Notes under the pieces: model-generated
Databases searched by the model: none
Told to the model about the DNA's origin: nothing
What the model saw: only the letters and a program-made list of their open reading frames with translations
NCBI RefSeq assembly: GCF_009914755.1
Contig: NC_060939.1
Source of the DNA: the human T2T-CHM13v2.0 reference genome, Homo sapiens
Length of the DNA stretch: 64,000 nucleotides
Direction: 5' to 3' (one strand)
Position numbers and translations under genes: made by a program
Shown: positions 62,269 to 64,000 of the stretch, piece by piece
Position numbering within the stretch: position 1 is the stretch's first letter
Layout: each line of letters starts with the position of its first letter

Positions 62269-64000
62269 AATTAGCATTACATATTTTATTATCTAATTTT
62301 TACATAAATTTTGAACAATATATATCACATATATGCACATTATAAAACTTAAACCACTTCATGAAAATCCCATCAAAGCCAGAACTCCATTTTGGTAATG
62401 CTTCTCTGCCGTGGCTCTTTCCCTTTCTGACACACAAGATACAAATGGGTGGTATTCATTCATGATTTCATAATTCTAACATAATTCTAAGAGGCCTTGA
62501 CATCTCCATCATATGGCCTAAGGGTCAAAAAGCCTTCAAACAGCTAACCTTATATGGAATGCTCACTATAGGTCAGGAGATTTTAAAAATTATTTTGTGG
62601 TATAAGTTCACCAATTTTTTAGCCAGGCTTTGAGCTAGCCACAATTAGTAGCACTATATGAAAGATGAGGAGGCTTGAAATGTAGAGAAATTTGTAAGGA
62701 ACACATAGTTCCTATTATGGAAAGTTCTTCTTCCTGATGGAAAGACAGGAATCTGACTTCAAAGCCCGTGTTCCTATCTGCTATGCCTTACTGCCTCTAA
62801 CTTCTAACTGGCCAGTGCTACTTCCTACTGTTTTTTTTCCCATTAGGAGATACATTAAATAAATTGGAAATATTTGGAATATAGCAAACAATTAGCTCAT
62901 GTATTTATGGAACCTGCAGAGGTCTTTAGTTTTCTAGGGCACAGCACAAATGGCTTTCTCTTATCCAGCTTGTTTGGAAAATTCCAAGTCTAGCTGTGGA
63001 AATGAAAAACAGTTCTCAGTCCACCAAAATGATTTTGTTCCCAATCTGATGTAGCCTGTTGTGATTTATGCCTTTGAAAAGGTTGACCAACATGGTACAT
63101 AACTGCCATGCCAATTTCAGCTAAATTACCTCTGCCCTTTTTCAGTTTCCCTGTGAAACTCTAATTTGGCTTGTGAAATCAAGTTGTTTTAACAGTAATG
63201 CTTTTTCTCTTTTTAGAAGGTTTTTATACAATGGTAAAAATACGTTTATTTTTAGTTTTAAATATAGGTTATGGAGTGAGATATCATTCTTTTTAAAATC
63301 AGAAATGACTAAAATCTGAATCTTGAAATAACAGGGGGAAATATATCACCCCAGCAAAGCACTATGCAGAAAATAATGCACCAAAAGATTTAAAATGTAA
63401 GCTATCTATTTAACCTATCTGCCATTCAAAGGAAGGGGTGGCAAGATGGTGGAAAGAGGTCAAGTGAGCAGAAAATGAAGAACCAATCACAATATTGGAG
63501 GATCAGAAGAATTGGAAGGGGAGTGACATGATTTTAAGTGGGTTCCAATTGCCTTTGTGTGAATATTAAGAATGCCCTTATAATGATTGTAAAGATGCTT
63601 AATGATGTGGTCTCCTACTTAGATCTCTAGCTTCACCCCTGGTTAGACTCCTACACAAACCTTATGCCAGTCATACTGAATATTGTCTGAATCCTTAAAA
63701 ATTACCTTATGCTTTGCACCTCTGGAAATCCTCATGTTCTGTTTCCTCTTTCTGTGAAGATCTGGACAAACTGACTCACAACCTTATTTATTTTTATGAC
63801 ATATTTTAGCCTTTGGTCCAGATTGCTGGTCTGTAAGGACCTCACTGATTGGACCAGATTCTAAAGAGTTACTTATTTCATTTTCTGAAAGTTCATAGAA
63901 TCATATGCTTTCTTCTTTTTATTTTAGAGTCTCTCTCTTTCTCTCTCTCTCCATATATATATATATACACACACACACATAGTCTTCCAAAACTCCTCGG

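Overview
Primate (human-like) genomic DNA, judged from Alu and L1PA subfamily content. I can support no intact protein-coding gene, rRNA, tRNA or CRISPR array. The window reads as a mosaic of blocks of different origin, as in pericentromeric or subtelomeric segmental duplications (inference): (i) AT-rich block ~1-10.6 kb with a young L1PA2/3 3' end, a (GATGA/GAAAT)n repeat and a few exon-like relics; (ii) moderately GC-rich block ~10.6-16.3 kb carrying a decayed, intron-containing RALGDS-like pseudogene fragment on the minus strand, which the ORF track misses because of splicing and frameshifts; (iii) nested ERVL/MER4/Alu/L1 cluster at 16.3-25.1 kb, including a six-copy tandem array of the L1 ORF2 C-terminus; (iv) a 2.75-kb strand-asymmetric (CCAG/CCAAG)n array that produces all the long low-complexity ORFs; (v) a very GC- and Alu-rich block at 27.9-42.8 kb with a U13 snoRNA retrocopy, several VNTRs, a long hairpin and unidentified exon-like segments; (vi) an abrupt switch to an AT-rich, L1-rich block at 42.8-64 kb containing a two-template insertion junction and a 5'-inverted L1PA7-like element. 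I found no convincing novel functional system; the most interesting signals are structural and evolutionary. Repeat subfamily names and reference protein/RNA sequences are recalled from memory, not searched, and coordinates of old repeats are approximate.
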